A DNA stretch of 63,104 bases, filler included, from Saprolegnia diclina VS20 (taxonomy: Eukaryota): the NCBI RefSeq assembly GCF_000281045.1. It is 5 parts of 2 records of this genome, joined end to end, with 100 filler letters (N's around TTAATTAATTAA, not from the genome) between each part and the next. Parts side by side here need not be neighbours in the genome. Positions count along the whole stretch, not along the records: positions 1 to 13,376 come from NW_008246069.1; positions 13,477 to 33,693 come from NW_008246069.1; 3 more parts are not named here. One strand, given 5' to 3'. The notes under the pieces were generated by a model. The model searched no databases. It was not told where the DNA came from and saw only the letters and a list, made by a program, of their open reading frames with translations. The position numbers and the translations under genes were made by a program. Numbering within the stretch: the stretch's first letter is position 1; each line of letters starts with the position of its first letter. Of the stretch, positions 11,376 through 25,689 are shown in pieces.

Positions 11376-13300
11376 CTAGGCGAGCGACTGCAGGTGCGCG
11401 AGGCAGTCGTCGGCCGACGCCGACGGGTGCGCCAGTTGGAACGCGATGGCCTTTTCTTGCATGACGCGCACCGCGGGGCCCGGCGGCAACTGAAGCCGCG
11501 CAATCAAGTCCTTCCCCTACCCCCATATATCGACAGTGAGCTGGTGCGCCGAGGATGGCAGCGATCGTACGTTCAAGATGGGCTTGAGGTCCCAGACGCG
11601 GTCGAGCGATGCATCGGCCACAAAGGCGCGCAGCGCATCGTACTTGGCGGCCGCCGACGCCACCGACGTGCCACCCAGCACCGTGTCGTACACGTAGGCA
11701 ACGTCGGCACAAATCGACCAGAGGTCGCCAACCTGGCGTAAGAGCAGGCCAACCGCCACACGGTCCAGCACCACGGAGCGAAATGGTTCGACCGACTTGA
11801 GGATGACATTGGCCACGTCATCGGCGTCCTTGGCGCGCAGCTATCGGCACAGGTCACGCTTCTGTGCACGATGTAGTCGTACCTTGAGGCTGTCCTTGAT
11901 GATGTAGTGCGACGCCAGCACGGGCTTCTTCTTTTGCAGCACAAAGTACGGCGCCAACGGAAGCAGCGTCGCCGAGAGCATCTCGAGCTTGAAGCGGTGC
12001 AACGCCGCTTCGTCCATCGCGCCGGTCTCAATTCGGAGCGCATCCCGATCTGCCAAGAGCCTGCCGCGTCGGATACATCGACACTAGTTCTTAATAGAAA
12101 AAAGGGCACGTACGCGTGCATGGCGAGGGCGCAGGCGACCGATTGCTCCCACGTGGCCGCCGGCAGCGTCGCGGGTTCGTGATCGCCCATCAGCAGCGAT
12201 GACGGCGGCGTAAACACGCAATCCATCAGTCCAAACTCAAAGAGAAGGCTCAGCGCGCGGTCCGGGTGCGCCGACGTGCCTACGTCGCTTGCAGCATGTG
12301 ACGACGACGCGTCGATATGTGTACCCGTGAGCATGCCCGAGAGCTCCTTCCCGACGCGTTCGCGTGACACCTTTTTACGCAAAGCGTCCTAACACCACCA
12401 TAATTACGTTATAACAGCCTTGGGTTTGTGAGGTACCTTGACTTCGGGCAGCACGAGCACACGCGTGAGCGACTCGTCGAGTGCAAACTCGAACCGCGAG
12501 GCAAACCGAACCGCCCGAAGAATGCGGAGCGGGTCGTCGAGGAACGTCACGCGAGGCTCGAGTGGCGTGCGCACGAGACCGTCTGCGAGGTCGGCCAGAC
12601 CCTAGTCAATATCCTCAACCACATGTTGTTGTTGTGGTCGAGCGGAGTACCTTGAGCGTGTAGTCTTCGACGCTGCCCGTGTTGAGGTTGTAAAAGAGGC
12701 TGTTGATGGTAAAGTCGCGTCGTTCGGCGTCCTGCAGCGGCGTGCCAAACTCCTAGCGTAGCAGCATGATGACGCAGTGGAAAGAACGGCGTTGGCACCA
12801 TGCTCGGTATGCGATGTGCTTCGTTCTCAGCGTACGTTTCGGCGCGGAGGTTGACAAAGTCGATCCAGCCGCTGCCGAGCTGCATCGTTGCGGTCTCGAG
12901 ATGCTTGCTTTGCTCCGGGTTGGCCTGCGCAGAATGATAGGATGCAGTGGTGTAGGCGGCGTACCTTGATGATACCGACAGAGTGCGTCGCGTGGCCATG
13001 CTGCACCTCGTACGTGTTGACGAGCTCGGCAAACGCGGCGCCCGTCATCTTGTCGAGGACAATGTCAATGTCGTCGCTGCTGCGGCCAAGCAGCTAGACG
13101 GGCAGGATCATGAGCGGTGCACGTTGGCGGTCGGTCGATGGCACCTTGTCGCGGACCCAGCCGCCGGCGACGCGGAGCGTGAGACCCGCGCCCTTTTGCG
13201 CGTCGACGTCCAAGAGGAACGCGAAGAGCTTCGCTTCGTCCGGCGTCAGCGTCAGCGTCGGCGTCGTCGGCTCGGCCATGCTGTCACTCTTCCGCTTCAT
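11376..13300 (-). CDS. CCA1: CCA tRNA nucleotidyltransferase (class II), multi-exon
   Basis: [86 protein letters not shown]. Confidence 0.93.
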
Positions 13301-13376
13301 GGAATCAAATGCCATTGGCCACACAAACACATTCATTTTGGCCAATCAAAAGCATCCAAGAAGTTTGGCCGCAGTC

Positions 13377-13476
13377 NNNNNNNNNNNNNNNNNNNNNNNN
13401 NNNNNNNNNNNNNNNNNNNNTTAATTAATTAANNNNNNNNNNNNNNNNNNNNNNNNNNNNNNNNNNNNNNNNNNNN
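13377..13476. other. Artificial contig linker (44 N + TTAATTAATTAA + 44 N)
   Basis: 100-nt spacer with stops in all six frames, repeated four times in the window. Confidence 0.98.
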
Positions 13477-14650
13477 AGACGACGATGCAACGCACGTTCT
13501 CTCGGTCGTTGGCAGCTCCAAGTTGACCACGTTCAGCTGTTTTGTACTAGGACGCTATAGCGTTGGTTTCCAGTCGGATATCGTACGGCAGACGTGAAAG
13601 AGGTGAGCTATCACTCATATTCGATGATGACTTTATACATATTTGACGCGGATCAACGAATTGTGTGACTGCGTCGTTCCTGGCCATAATGTGGCCAGGT
13701 AAACGCCATGTCGATGTTCTATCGTTCGTCGATTGATGTCAAGACTGCGAGTTTAGTCGTCGAAACCAACGCGCCATTGTTGTCGTTGAAGTAGGTCGAC
13801 TAAAACAATACCATTTTCGATGCTCTACCATTAGGGAAAAAGAAACAGGTGTTGCAACACATGTTGCTGCACAACCCCGTGCAAACGACTAGGATGTCAG
13901 TGCTATACTCGCCCCTGATTCCCTCCACTCTTTCCATTCAATGGCTGGGAACAGTAAGTGGGCCTAACCGGCGACGACAGACAGCGAGCTCAATCTATAT
14001 TCATGGGTCTCGCAAAGGTGGGGATTCTTGCAAGCGGCGGCGAGACATGCCCCGCTCTGTCGCTGCACTGACCACTACCGTCTTCTTCGAGCAAGTGACC
14101 GACAAAGACCCAGCGACCTCAACTCTCGGCTCGTTGCCCCAACAGAGCTACATTTTGGGTCGCGTAGCTAACGTCGTTGTTGTACACTTTACACTCCATC
14201 ATCTTCCATGGTAGGGCGACCAAATCGCTTCCATAGCACTTGTAGACGCTTATTAGCTTGCGGCGTCGCCATCTTTCCCATAGCAATTGCCATTTTCCCC
14301 ATAGTACAATGCACTAATACCCCAAGATCCTTTGCGTAGCGCCGTGCCGAGTGTATGTCAGTGTGCAGTACAGTATTGCGGGAGCCTTACACCAAGACAA
14401 GCATGACCGTGGAAGATGATCTGCCAAGGTTGTAGATCCGTGGCAATACTAGTAACAAGCTTATCTACTGGACCCTGAGCTCCGGTCAACCTGAAGCCAC
14501 TCGACTCGCCGAGCGTTTACGCACATGTCGGGCTGACGGTAAACCGAGCCGTCTCTACGAGCGCACTGCAAGTTTGTATGCGCCAGTTGTGTATCCGGAT
14601 CCGGATAATCGAACCGACCAGTTTCTTGTCACATTGACACTGGCGAGACC

Positions 14651-17600
14651 ATGGTAGCAAGCTCTGGCGCGCTGCTGCTGCTGGCCGCTCTTGCTGCACC
14701 TGCGTATGCGCAGGTACCGACGGCGAAGCTCCCGACGACCCTCTCCAAGTGCAAGTACTCGAACGCCAACACGTGCGTGGACAACCCGCAGACCAACCCA
14801 GTCGCGACCACGCTCGGCCTCCCAGCCTTTAGCCGAGGCCCGGGCACGTGCTCCATGATGGGCGTCGCCTCGATTCCGGGCCTGAGCGCGAGCGCGACGC
14901 GGCCTGCGCTCTACACGCCCACGACGGCCATCGTAATCCGCTGCGCCTCCGCGCCGGGTGCTCACTCTTTGCATCGTAGGACGCGTACGCCAAGAGCGGG
15001 CTCCGAAACAAGTTTTCCGCGTGGAACGCGACCAACCAAGCCGCCTTCCAGCTCGACTGTCCGCTCTTCTACCAAGACCAGATCCTCAGCGGCAAGCAAG
15101 ACTACGTACGTCCGCTTGACGAGGTGTTGGCATCTCACGCGCCTTGTAGCTCTGCTGCACGGAGGACCAGTATGTGGTCATGCAGACGCAGTACCGGATG
15201 ATCAGCGGTCTCTGCGAAACCTCCAAGCGTGTGCTCCAGAACGTCTGGTGCAGCTACGCGTGCCACCCGAACCAAGCACTCTTTATCAACGTCGACCAGG
15301 TTCACTACTACCCGTCGGCGACCGACCCGACGACGTCGTACCCGGCGATCGAAGAGGTCACCTACTATGTCGGCGACAACTGGGCGCGCGACGTTTACGA
15401 CTACAGCAAGGCCGACCTCATCGCCAAAGTGCTTTGCCAGCCCCAAGCCGGCTGCTCGTCGGGCCTCGGGCTCCTCAACCGCATGGGCCAGTACCAGCTC
15501 AACGGCATTGGGTCGCCCAACCAAGTCAACTTTGTCGCAGCATCGACGCTGCCATTGGTACGCGGATCGATCCCGTGCGACTGCATTTTTATTTATTTTT
15601 GTTTTTTCGTTGTTGCTAGGCGGACGTGTGCCCGTGTACCCGTGCGACGTCGAATGCCACGGTCGCGAATGCCTCTTGTATCTTGCCGCTTGACCAAGTG
15701 CTGCCGACGTGCGTCGGCGTCTGCGGCTCGGTCTGCGACGCGCCAAGTCCCGCGCTTCCCTACACAGCGAGTCGGCTACTCGAGTATGTCTCAGCCCTAC
15801 ATTAATCCAACTCGACTAGGCTGCGTTGGTGCAACGACAACGGGCAACCGCAACAACTCGGCCGGCAACGGCACGTCGTCGATTTGGGCGCCGCTCTGGG
15901 CGAGCATGGAGGACAACATCAAGCCCAGCGACTATACAAGCCTCAACACGGCGCTTATGATCGTGATTGCTCTCCTTGTACGACACGTTGCTGCCGCCCA
16001 AACTCACTCGGTTCGTAGATCGTATTTGTGCTGAGTGGCGGCTGGTATCTCCACCGACTGGCGCTTTTGGAGGAGAAGGAAGACGAGCCGAGTGCGACAG
16101 CGGCTCCGGTCAACGCCAGTCGCGTCAATACGCTGGCCACGCATCTCATGCGGCAGTGGGCACTCTTTGTATGTCGCCGCCCGTACCACGTGCTCACGGT
16201 GGTCCTCGCGCTCGCCGCGTTTTGCAGCGCTGGACTGCACAAGACGGTGATCCAGACCGACCCGATCAAGCTCTGGGTGGCCGAGTCGAGCCGCGCGTAC
16301 AAGGAGCGCGATCGCTTTGGCCAGCTCTTTATGCCGTTTTACCGCACGGAGCAGGTCATTTTGACTCCGAAAGACGGCGGACCGATTGGCCGCGTGGACG
16401 TTCTCCGCGCCGCGCTGCAGATCCAAGACCAAATCAAGCAGCTCCACGTGCCGTTCAATGGCCGGCGTACGTACCGTGTTTTTGGTGTATGGAAAACTTG
16501 AAAGATTGATTCATATATTTGCGATGTAGAGATTGGCGTCGAAGACATTTGCTGGCGCGCGACCGGCACGGGCTGCACGATCAACGCGATCACGCAGTAC
16601 TTCCAGAACGACTTGGCGACTTTTGAGATCTACGCGTCGAACGGCATGGCGCTCGACCACTTTCAAAACTGTCTCTTCTCGCCGTCGTACGCAGACGTGG
16701 CGTCGTGCCAAAAGCTCGCTGCCAAGAACGTGGTCCTGCCCGCCAGCATGAGCGGTACCTTGCGTCGGCGTCTCTCCTTGTTCTTTGACCATGTTTTGAT
16801 GCGTAGACTGCCCGTGTCTCTCTGCGTACGGCGCCCCCATGGACATGTACACGACGGTGCTTGGCGGCACGCCGCCCAACGCGACCAACAATGCCAATCT
16901 GTACATCAACTCGACGACGCTGCTCTCGACGATCCTTGCCTACAACTACTATGACGATGCGCAAAACGCGCCGGCGGTCGCGTGGGAGCGGGGTTACATT
17001 GACCTTCTCCAGTCCCTTGCGTCGACGAACGGGGTGTTTGACGTCGCGTTCTCGGCGGAAACGTCGATTGCCGATGAAATTGCAGTCGCCAGCAAGAGCG
17101 ACGTGACGCCCGCGCTTCTCAGCTACTGCCTCATGATCCTCTACGTGACGCTTGGCATCAACCGCTGGAAGATGTCGAGTCTGCGCCAGAGCTGGCGCGA
17201 AGCCAAGCTCACGCTCGGGTTTTGCGGCATCTTGCTCATCTTGCTCGCAGTCGTCTCGACGATCGGACTCTTTTCGTGGACCGGCGCCGCCGTGCAGATT
17301 GTCATTATGGAAGTCGTGCCGTTTCTGACGCTGGCCATTGGCGTCGACAATATCTTTTTGATGCTCCACGAGATCCGGCGGGTCCAAGACGACGCGACCC
17401 GCCACGGCCAGCCGCTTGTCGTCGACGACATCATTGCCAGTGCTGTGGCATCGATTGGCCCGAGCATTGGGATGGCGTCGATCATCGAAGCGATCGCGTT
17501 TGTCTTTGGCTGCATTAGCCCGATGCCGGCGGTGTTGTGGTTTGCCGCCTTCTCGGCCGCTGCGGTGGCCATCAACTTTGTGTTTCAAATGACGCTCTTC

Positions 17601-19154
17601 TTGTCGCTGGTCGTGCTCGACAAGCGGCGCGAGCTCGCTCAACTCGCCCCGGTCATGGACCTCGCCGAACGCATCGACATTGGCGACCTTCAGATTGTGA
17701 CTCTGACGTGGATCCAGCGCGTCGTTGGTGCGTACGCCGACGTTTTGGCCAAGCCTTTGGTCAAAGCGATCGTCCTATGTGTCTTTATGACGGCAACCGG
17801 TCTCTCGATCTACTCGGTCGAGTCGCTCGAGCAAGGACTCGACAATGCCGATGCAATGCCCTCGAAATCGTACCTCATCACGTACTTCGACACGATCAAC
17901 GTGGCGCTGGAAACGGGACCACCCATCTTTTACATTGTCGAGAGTGGCTACAAGGGCAACCCCGTGTTTGACTACGCCAACATGTCGACCGTGCCCGCGT
18001 TTTGCACGTCGAAAGCGTTTTGCAGCCCATTTTCCGTGCCCAACGTCGTCTCGGCGCTCGGCAACTCGGGCGTCTCGACCATCACGCACACGAGCCCCGG
18101 CGTCGTGCACTCTTGGATGGACGACTTTTGGCCATTTGTGGGCGCGCAGTCGGCGTGCTGCCGCGTCGACAAGACCTCGGGCAACTACCTCCCGCTCAAC
18201 GCGTCGGATGCAGCGTACATGGCAGCGCGCGACGCGGCCGACACGTGTTTTCCGCTCACGTCGACCGCGCCACCGGTACCGGCGTCGAGCTTTATGTCGC
18301 TCTTTCGCATCTTTGCCTCGGCGAATGCCGGCCCGCTCTGCTCGCACGGCGGCGGTTCGATCTACCGCGGCCAGTTTAGCATTGACGAGCACCCGATCCC
18401 GGTGCTGAGTGCGACGTCGGCGGGGCTGCCGCTTAGCAACCCGAACGCAGGCAAGGCGGTGACAGCGGCGTCGTACATGGCGATTTCGACGGCCAACCCG
18501 ACCCAAGGCGACTACATTGCGAGCTACAAGCAAGCACGGCATGCGGCGCAGTATATGAGCGACAAGTCGGGCGTCCACGTGTGGGCCTACTCGATTTTCT
18601 TTTGCTTTTTCGACCAGTACCTCACGATCGTCCACGACACGCTTCTCCTCGTCGGCCTCGTCTTGATTGCAGTCTTTGTACTGCATGTGCTGTGCTTTGG
18701 CGCGTTCTGGACGCCATTTTTGGTGACGCTGACGATCGCCAACCTCTGCGTCTGCGTCGCGGGCCTCATGGAGCCGATTGGCATCCTCTTGAACGGGCTC
18801 AGTCTGGTCAACCTCATCATCGCCGGTGGCATCTCGGTCGAGTTTTGCTCGCACCTCGCGCGGTCGTTCCATTTTGGAAAAGCAACGAGCGGCAATGCGC
18901 GCATGAAGGAAGCGCTGCGGCATGTGATGGCGTCCGTCATCTTTGGCATTACGATCACCAAGATTGTGGGCTTGAGCGCGCTCACGCTGGCCGACTCGCG
19001 CATCTTTCAAAAGTACTACTTTCGCATGTACCTCACGATCGTGCTCTGCGGGATCCTCCACGGCATGGTGCTCTTGCCCGTGCTCCTCAGTCTCTCGGTC
19101 GACCTCCCGCGGCTCTGGACGAAGCGTCGCGCGCCCATCTCGATCCAACCGTAG
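14651..19154 (+). CDS. NPC1: Niemann-Pick C1-like sterol transporter (RND/Patched family), multi-exon
   Basis: Signal peptide, Cys-rich N-terminal domain (CCTEDQ, WCSYACHPNQ), TDPIKLWV, PFYRTEQVIL, sterol-sensing domain EVVPFLTLAIGVDNIF, GPPIFYIV, SWMDDF, YSIFFCFFDQY, GISVEFCSH, GITITK, YYFRMY. Confidence 0.95.
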
Positions 19155-19248
19155 CGCGTTGATACCTTGATACTTTGGGTCGAAACAAGGATGCAGTGAA
19201 ATCGACCAACGTTTTTGACGTGCTAGCATTTGCAGTGTGGAAACGCCG

Positions 19249-20689
19249 CTAACGTTGCAAGGCGTCCTGGACGAGCGCCAGGACGCCCGCATGCCCACTG
19301 GTCACAGCGGCCGACAGCACCGACTCGCCAGCCTACATATACCATCGTCGTCCAAATTCAACGCCGGACGACGTACTTGAGTGCACTTGTGGACGTCAGC
19401 CCCGGCCTCGAGCAAGGTGGCCACCACATCGGGATGACGGCGGAGCGCAGCGTCGTAGAGAGGCGAGATGCCAGCCTACGTAGCCACGAGTCGTGTTGCA
19501 ACTCTATGCACACTATGTACGGTGCAGCAGTGGTTCACATCAGCCGACGCTGCAATGAGGCGGGTGACGACACCGTTATGGCCGTACCAGGCAGCGATCG
19601 CCAGCGATGTATCGCCGTCCTACGGAAACCGTGGGCGGCCCTCTCGTCATCGACAGCAGCGTACGCTTGAGCACATGTCGACGGTGGCGTCTGCAGCGAG
19701 TAGCACGTCGACAAGCGCCTCGTTGTTGTTCCGGGCGGCGCAGTACAGCGCCGAGCGACCACTCTACAACTGACACGATGAGCTTTTTCGGCAGGAGCAT
19801 GACGCTGATGACAGGAAGCGCGACGGCGTCGACGTTGGCACCGGCGTCGATGAGCAGCGCAAGGACGGAGGGCTGCACGCCCCGGGAGGCCGCGTACACC
19901 AGGATCGGTATAGAGTTCTATGGGAATCGCGTGTCGGGGCCCACTCACACAAGGAACGACATACCCGAATGCTCGTGTTGGCATCGGCGCCAGCGCCAAG
20001 AAAGAGCGAGACGAGGTCGGGACGGTCCTGATGCACCGCGAGCTCGAAGGGCGTCATATTGGCTGCCGATGATCGGGACGTCTGCGTCATCACGCTTGGG
20101 TCCGCAGCCACGAGCAGCGCCACAATCGGGACGTGGCCCAACAGCATCGCTAGCATCGTCATGGAAACCCCATCCTACAATGTGTTGAGTGCACGGATGA
20201 GCGAGCATCGTCCGACATGGGTCGCATGCGGGTCGGCCCCCGCGTCTAAGAGCACTCGCACGCAGTCTTCGCTGCCGCGTTTCACCGCAGCAAGCAGCGG
20301 TGCGCCACCTCGCTACAGATATAAAACGCAGGATTGTCAGCGCCAAACGCGCCTCAAGAGCAAATCGTACGCCAGTGGTGGCGTTCGGAGAGACCCCGGC
20401 CGCCAAGAGCGTAGCCACCTCGGCCACGTCGCCGTTGGCCGCGGCTGTTGTCAGTGGAGACGGCTCCTATTGATGGTGCGTAAGGCGATAGCGCATTCGA
20501 ATCGGGTCGTACGGGCGTGAAGAGCCCGGCCGCAGTAATCGCCGAGACGGCAGCGGCCGTCACCACGGCCGTCTGCGTGACGAGGCGCAAATACGACGAG
20601 GTGCGTTGCGTGGCAGCGTGTGTCGAGGCGGCGCGCCAGCCAAGAGCGCGTCGACCGAGCTGCGCGAGACGTCGCTGTGTCATGAGCAT
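19249..20689 (-). CDS. Ankyrin-repeat protein with an Arg-rich, possibly mitochondrial, N-terminal presequence; multi-exon
   Basis: Repeated ankyrin motifs across exons (TPFELAV...DLVSLFLGAGADAN, LYAASRG...LLIDAGANVDA, ALYCAARNNNEALVDVLL, AAVTSGHAGVLAL). N-terminus MLMTQRRLAQLGRRALGWRAAS. Confidence 0.8.
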
Positions 20690-21472
20690 GGTGGCGCGTT
20701 CGCGGGGCTTCAAAGTGACGACGGGCAACAACACTTCAACCCGTCACACACATTACCACAACCCTGACGGGTTGTAGACACATATCCGGATTGCATCCGG
20801 ATACGTGCAGCTCAGGAGGCGTCGTCTGAACACGCCAAGCCATGATTGACGGTCCTCACCTTGAACCAAGAGTACATAATTATCATATGATATTTATGTA
20901 CTCTTGCCTTGAACGTACTAGTACTTGATGATACCTTTGTGGGCTACCGGCCGTCGCAGCGACTAGTGTACTGAGGGTTAGTCCATTGTTTTGTTGCCCT
21001 GGATTGGATCCTGAACCCTAACTGCGCATGCTGGCGACTCGTACGACCGAGTATCCTCGATACAAGTTGTCATTTCAAATGTGTCTAGCATGGAACAAAA
21101 TAGAACGGTTTCGAAATTTGTACGAGCTGCTAGTTGAAAGCAAACTGCGCTGCGAGCGGCACATGGTCCGAGCCACAGATTGGCAACGTAGCTCAGCAAC
21201 GGCAGAGATTTTCAATGGCTGTGCTATCGTGCATCATGACCCCGTTCACAGTCGTAAACGCGGGCTCTTTGCTAGAGTCGTCCGTCGCGTAGTTCGCACT
21301 GGTCCGGTATCCATTGCGGCGTCCAAAACGTATCGTAGAAATCCACCTTCTAAACACAAGTTTATCGAGTGTTCCACAACAAAGTAGCGACGAATCGAGG
21401 CATTATTCAACGAATTTTGGTTGTTCCACACAGGACACTGTTGTGATCTTCGACATCTGGCAGAAAATGAAG

Positions 21473-23817
21473 CTACTCGGCGGCAACTCGATCGGTCGAC
21501 TCGACGGCCGGCAGCGCCGACTGATGGTGCCACATGGACGCATACGCTACCATAGTAGATCCTTAGCCCATACACAATAGTGTCTAGCAAACGTACCGCC
21601 TTGCTTTTGCATCAGCACGTCGTGCGCACCAACTTCAACCACTTGGCCGCGTTCGAGGACAACGATTTGCTCGGCGTGCTGGATCGTCGAGAGGCGGTGC
21701 GCAATCACGAGCTAGCACCAACACTAGTGTCTCTCGAGACAACTACAAAAGCACGTACAGTCGTTCGGTCGGCGCAAATCTCGAGCAGCGACTGGTAAAT
21801 GCTGCGCTCCGTTCGCGTGTCGAGTGCTGACGTCGCTTCGTCGAGGATCATGACGCGCGGGTTCTTGAGAATTGCCCGCGCTATCGCAACGCGCTGTTTC
21901 TCGCCACCCGAGAGCTTGAGCCCGCGCTCGCCGACCTAAGTATGGGCAAACCCTAACTCATTTCGCCAACGAGAGCCAATGTATGTACGCGGGTCTGGAA
22001 GCCCAAGGGCAACGTCATCACGAAATCGTAGAGCTTGGCCGACTTGGCTGCTTCAAGAACGTCGGCTTCGGTCGCGTCGTGACGGCCATATTGAATCTAG
22101 TCGGATACGAGTCGATAGGAGCTTTGACAATAATGTACATTGTAGAAGATGGTGTCGTTGAACATGACGGCGTCTTGGGGCACGATACCGATCGCTTGAC
22201 GCAATGACGCCTGCGTCACCTTGGCCACGTCTTGTCCGTCAATCAAAATACGTCCGGACGTCACGTCGTAAAAGCGAAAGAGCAGTCGACTCAGCGTGCT
22301 CTTGCCCGCGCCCGTCGCGCCCACGACCGCGAGCGTGTGCCCCGGGGCAATCGTCAGATTGATGTCCTTGAGACCGTTCGCATATGGCTGTCCGGGGTAC
22401 GAGAACCCCACGTGCTCGAACGTCACGGCGCTTTGGTGGGGCGCCAGGACCAGTGCCTATCATAGACGCGGTCACTACTAAATTTGACAAAACAAGTCTT
22501 TTATACCTTGGCCCCGGGCATGTCCTGGATGTCGGGTTCCACGAGGAGAATCTCGACCAAGTTGGACATGTCGACAATTGACTGCATGATGGTGTTATAG
22601 ATCGCACCGAGCGAGTCGAGGGGCTTGAAGATCTGGGTGACGTAGCTGCCGACGGCCACGAAATCGCCGACGGTAAGTGTTCCTAGGGTTCGGTTTCGTA
22701 TAGGGGTAGGGGTGGTCTCGAAATCGTACCTTGCTTGATCTTGGCGGCGGCAATGAGAAGGCAAAGCAACAAGCAAATGCCTTGGATGAGCTGCTGCGCC
22801 ACGTTGATCGAGTTGGTAAGGCCTCGCGTTAAGAACGCCGACTGCTGGAAGGACGCAATGCTGCCCAGGTACCTAAATGTCCAAAATAGCTAAAATGTAT
22901 CGAAAATACGTCGAAATCTTGTCAAATCGTACCGGTCGCACTCGTACTGCTCCGAGCAAAAGTACTTGACCGTCTCAAAGTTGGTGAGACTGTCGACGGC
23001 CTTTTCGTTGGCATCGTTGTCGTGCTTGTTGCTGGTCTTTTTAAACCGGAGGCGGACTCGAGTGCCGAGGACCGTCACCGTGACATAGACGACCACGCTC
23101 ACCTACACGCTCTTGAGCTTTTCGCTGTAAAAAATACGTGCAATGTACCCCAATGACCAGCGTCAGGAGCTGCTCGTGGAACGCGAAGAAGAAAATACCG
23201 CCGACCGCAATCACCTCGAGGATCGTGGGTACTAGGCGGAAGAAGAGCACGTTCACGACCGAGTCGGTGCTGTCGATGCCACGGTCCAGCACCCGCATGA
23301 CCTTGCCCGTCTTCTTGGTCAAATGAAAGTGCATCGACATGGCATGCAAATGCGTAAAGACCTTGGCCGACACCTCCTTGTACGCGCTTTGCATCACGCG
23401 CAGGTAGAGGAACGTCTGCAGCTGCTTGGAGCTGTTGGAGAGGAAGAGGAACCCGACGTACGTCGCAATGGCGGCCACGGGGACCTCGGCGGTCGCGATG
23501 AGCTCGTTCGTTGCCTCCTTGAGGTACAGAGGCGCGAGGACGCGAAAGGCGCGCGACGCGCCGACGAGCGAGACGGATGTAATGGCCCGCAGGCGCTACG
23601 CGTATGCATGTGAGCCTGCTGCCAGAGTATGCATCGTGCTCTACCAGCGCCCAGCTGTCCTTGGGCCAAAAGTCTACCAGGGCCATGAGCGAGCGGCAAG
23701 GTTGATGGACGTACATGGCTTGATGAGCACGCCGAGCTCGGTGAGCGGGACGTCTTGGCCGTCGCCGGCCTCGAGGTCTTCGTAGCCGTACTGCTTCATC
23801 TGCGCCCGGGGACCCAT
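21473..23817 (-). CDS. ABC subfamily B half transporter, ATM1/HMT1/ABCB6 type; multi-exon
   Basis: [39 protein letters not shown], Walker [24 protein letters not shown], signature [14 protein letters not shown], Walker [11 protein letters not shown]. Confidence 0.93.
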
Positions 23818-24527
23818 CGTGTGCGTTCGTTGGATCGTCCAGTTGTGTCATTTTAGCCCGGCGAAAGATAGCGAGCATTGGAATCGAGCATTTTAAAATG
23901 CAGGCCATCGTGTGGTGTCGTTCAAGTAGTGGAGGCGATAGCGTTGCCGTTTCTAATCTCGAGCTTGAGTATGCCATGTCTTATTAGCGGTAGTTGTGCA
24001 CAAGGTACTACGACGTACCTCGACGCGGTGCTAGCGTCCACACGGTTGTGATGAATCTATATTAAATAATATACGATTTGCTCGATTGGGCAAACTCTGT
24101 GCGCCTGGCCGATCTGCCCGATCGCAGATCTGTCGACCACACCGCTACACTACACGAGCTTTTAGAAGAGCGTCAACGTCCTTGGCGCGTTCTTTCTGTC
24201 CGGACGCTCCACCGCCACTCAAATGCGAGCTGACTGCTCAGTACATCCCCTGTTGGACTGACAGCGAGTTAGATAATCAAATCCACTGCTTCAAACACTG
24301 TTTTAGACTCTGTTTTGTATCAACATCGTCGCTTGCTCCGATGCAAGCGATTCTGCGACCTACTAGTACTATATTCAGTACCACAATCGCAGCACCGAGC
24401 AGACAATTGTCTGCGCTACTCCGTTGTTGGCTCGCCCAGGGGTAGGCCTTCGGTCTATCCTAGTTTACGCATACGAAACAGCGTCCGACTCGCACGTCGA
24501 TGCACTTTGAAAAAGGACTTTGTATTT

Positions 24528-25328
24528 TTACTGGATATTGCAGGCTCGCGACGGCGTCGACTCGACTTGCATCGTCCATGGCCCGCTGTACGACGTCCGT
24601 TCGAGGCGAATAAACGGCAGTCGGAAGCGACTCGCAAGGTCGCGGCCCTCCCGCTGCACGAGCGCCATCTCCTCGGGCTCTTCGGTCGCGTCAAACGTGT
24701 AGAAGACGCCTCGCAGCTGCTTCCACGAGGCGACGGCGCCCACTTCGCACATGGCGTCGGACTTGGCCATGCTCGCGCAGACGTCGGCGAGCGAGCTCAC
24801 TTGTGGCTTGCTGGCGTGTGTGAGCACCGACCGCTCCCACTCGCCTCGGCTCTGCGGCGCCGTTGTTTTGGCAACGTACGCGCTGTACGTCGGGTGCAAA
24901 TAGAGTTTGAGGCCGACGTCCGAAGTGTAGAAGGACCGCGCGGCGCTTGTATCGAGAAGGAGGCCGGTGAGCGCTTTCCGCAGGCTCTCGCCGTACAGCT
25001 TGACGCTCGACCCGGCAAAGAAGACCGAGGTGGAGAGCAAGATGGGCTCGGCTTTAACCGCGGTGAGCAGCTTGCTCATGGTCGCTATCGGCTTGGTGCT
25101 GAGGAGGTACGCGTCGCGGGGGACGTTGTCCATGGCGCATGTAACGGCTCCGAGCACCAAGTTGCACACTTGGTTCGTGCACCCTGCGACTCGACTCGGC
25201 TATTGTTGCATCTCACGCTTTCTACTTGGTACAGTTGTGCTGGTACCTCCATCAGGAGTCATAAACTCGTAGATGTGGCAGGACTGTCGTGCTCTCTCAT
25301 CACAAAAACATCCAGATCTTAGCGTCAT
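24528..25328 (-). CDS. Hypothetical protein (probably two exons, Cys-rich N-terminus)
   Basis: 213-codon ORF with coding-like GC3. An upstream exon MTLRSGCFCDE...TPDG joins in frame through a GT-AG intron to GCTNQVCNLVLG. Confidence 0.5.
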
Positions 25329-25655
25329 AGAGGTTGAGAGCTTAGGTCCAACCAAGCTGCCTTTCCCTTCTTGCATTGTTGGAAGCCAATACGGCACCTC
25401 GATCGTGATTCAAGTTATTACGTGCTGGTGGCGCGGGGCAAAGGTTGTCCACGATGCGTGTCCCACTAGTATGCAAACCGTCGCCGTAACATTATTGCCT
25501 TTCTGATGCATTCTGATCAACGTGCATAGCTCGGTTTGGAACAACAGCCTTCAACAGCTAGATCCACCAAGGATAAAATGCATTTATTGACGTCCACGTG
25601 GATGCCATTTGGTGGGTGCAGACGCAGCGTTTTGACCTTGTATCATCGACGCTGA

Positions 25656-25689
25656 ATGTTGATTCCTCGAATATGTTGATTCCTCGAAT
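25656..25689 (+). repeat. Perfect 17-bp tandem duplication
   Basis: atgttgattcctcgaat x2. Confidence 0.9.

Noticed and set aside
13377..13476. TTAATTAATTAA palindrome inside N runs (four occurrences)
   Set aside because: Artificial six-frame-stop linker joining contigs. It is not biological, and ORFs crossing it are artefacts.
13477..14500. Possible decayed coding sequence with short cttccatag-like repeats
   Set aside because: Frequent stops in all frames and no recognisable family or element ends.
17775..19298. Long antisense or alternate-frame ORFs (also 9800-11041, 45334-46758, 25690-27057 and others)
   Set aside because: They shadow real genes in GC-rich, codon-biased DNA and show no motifs.
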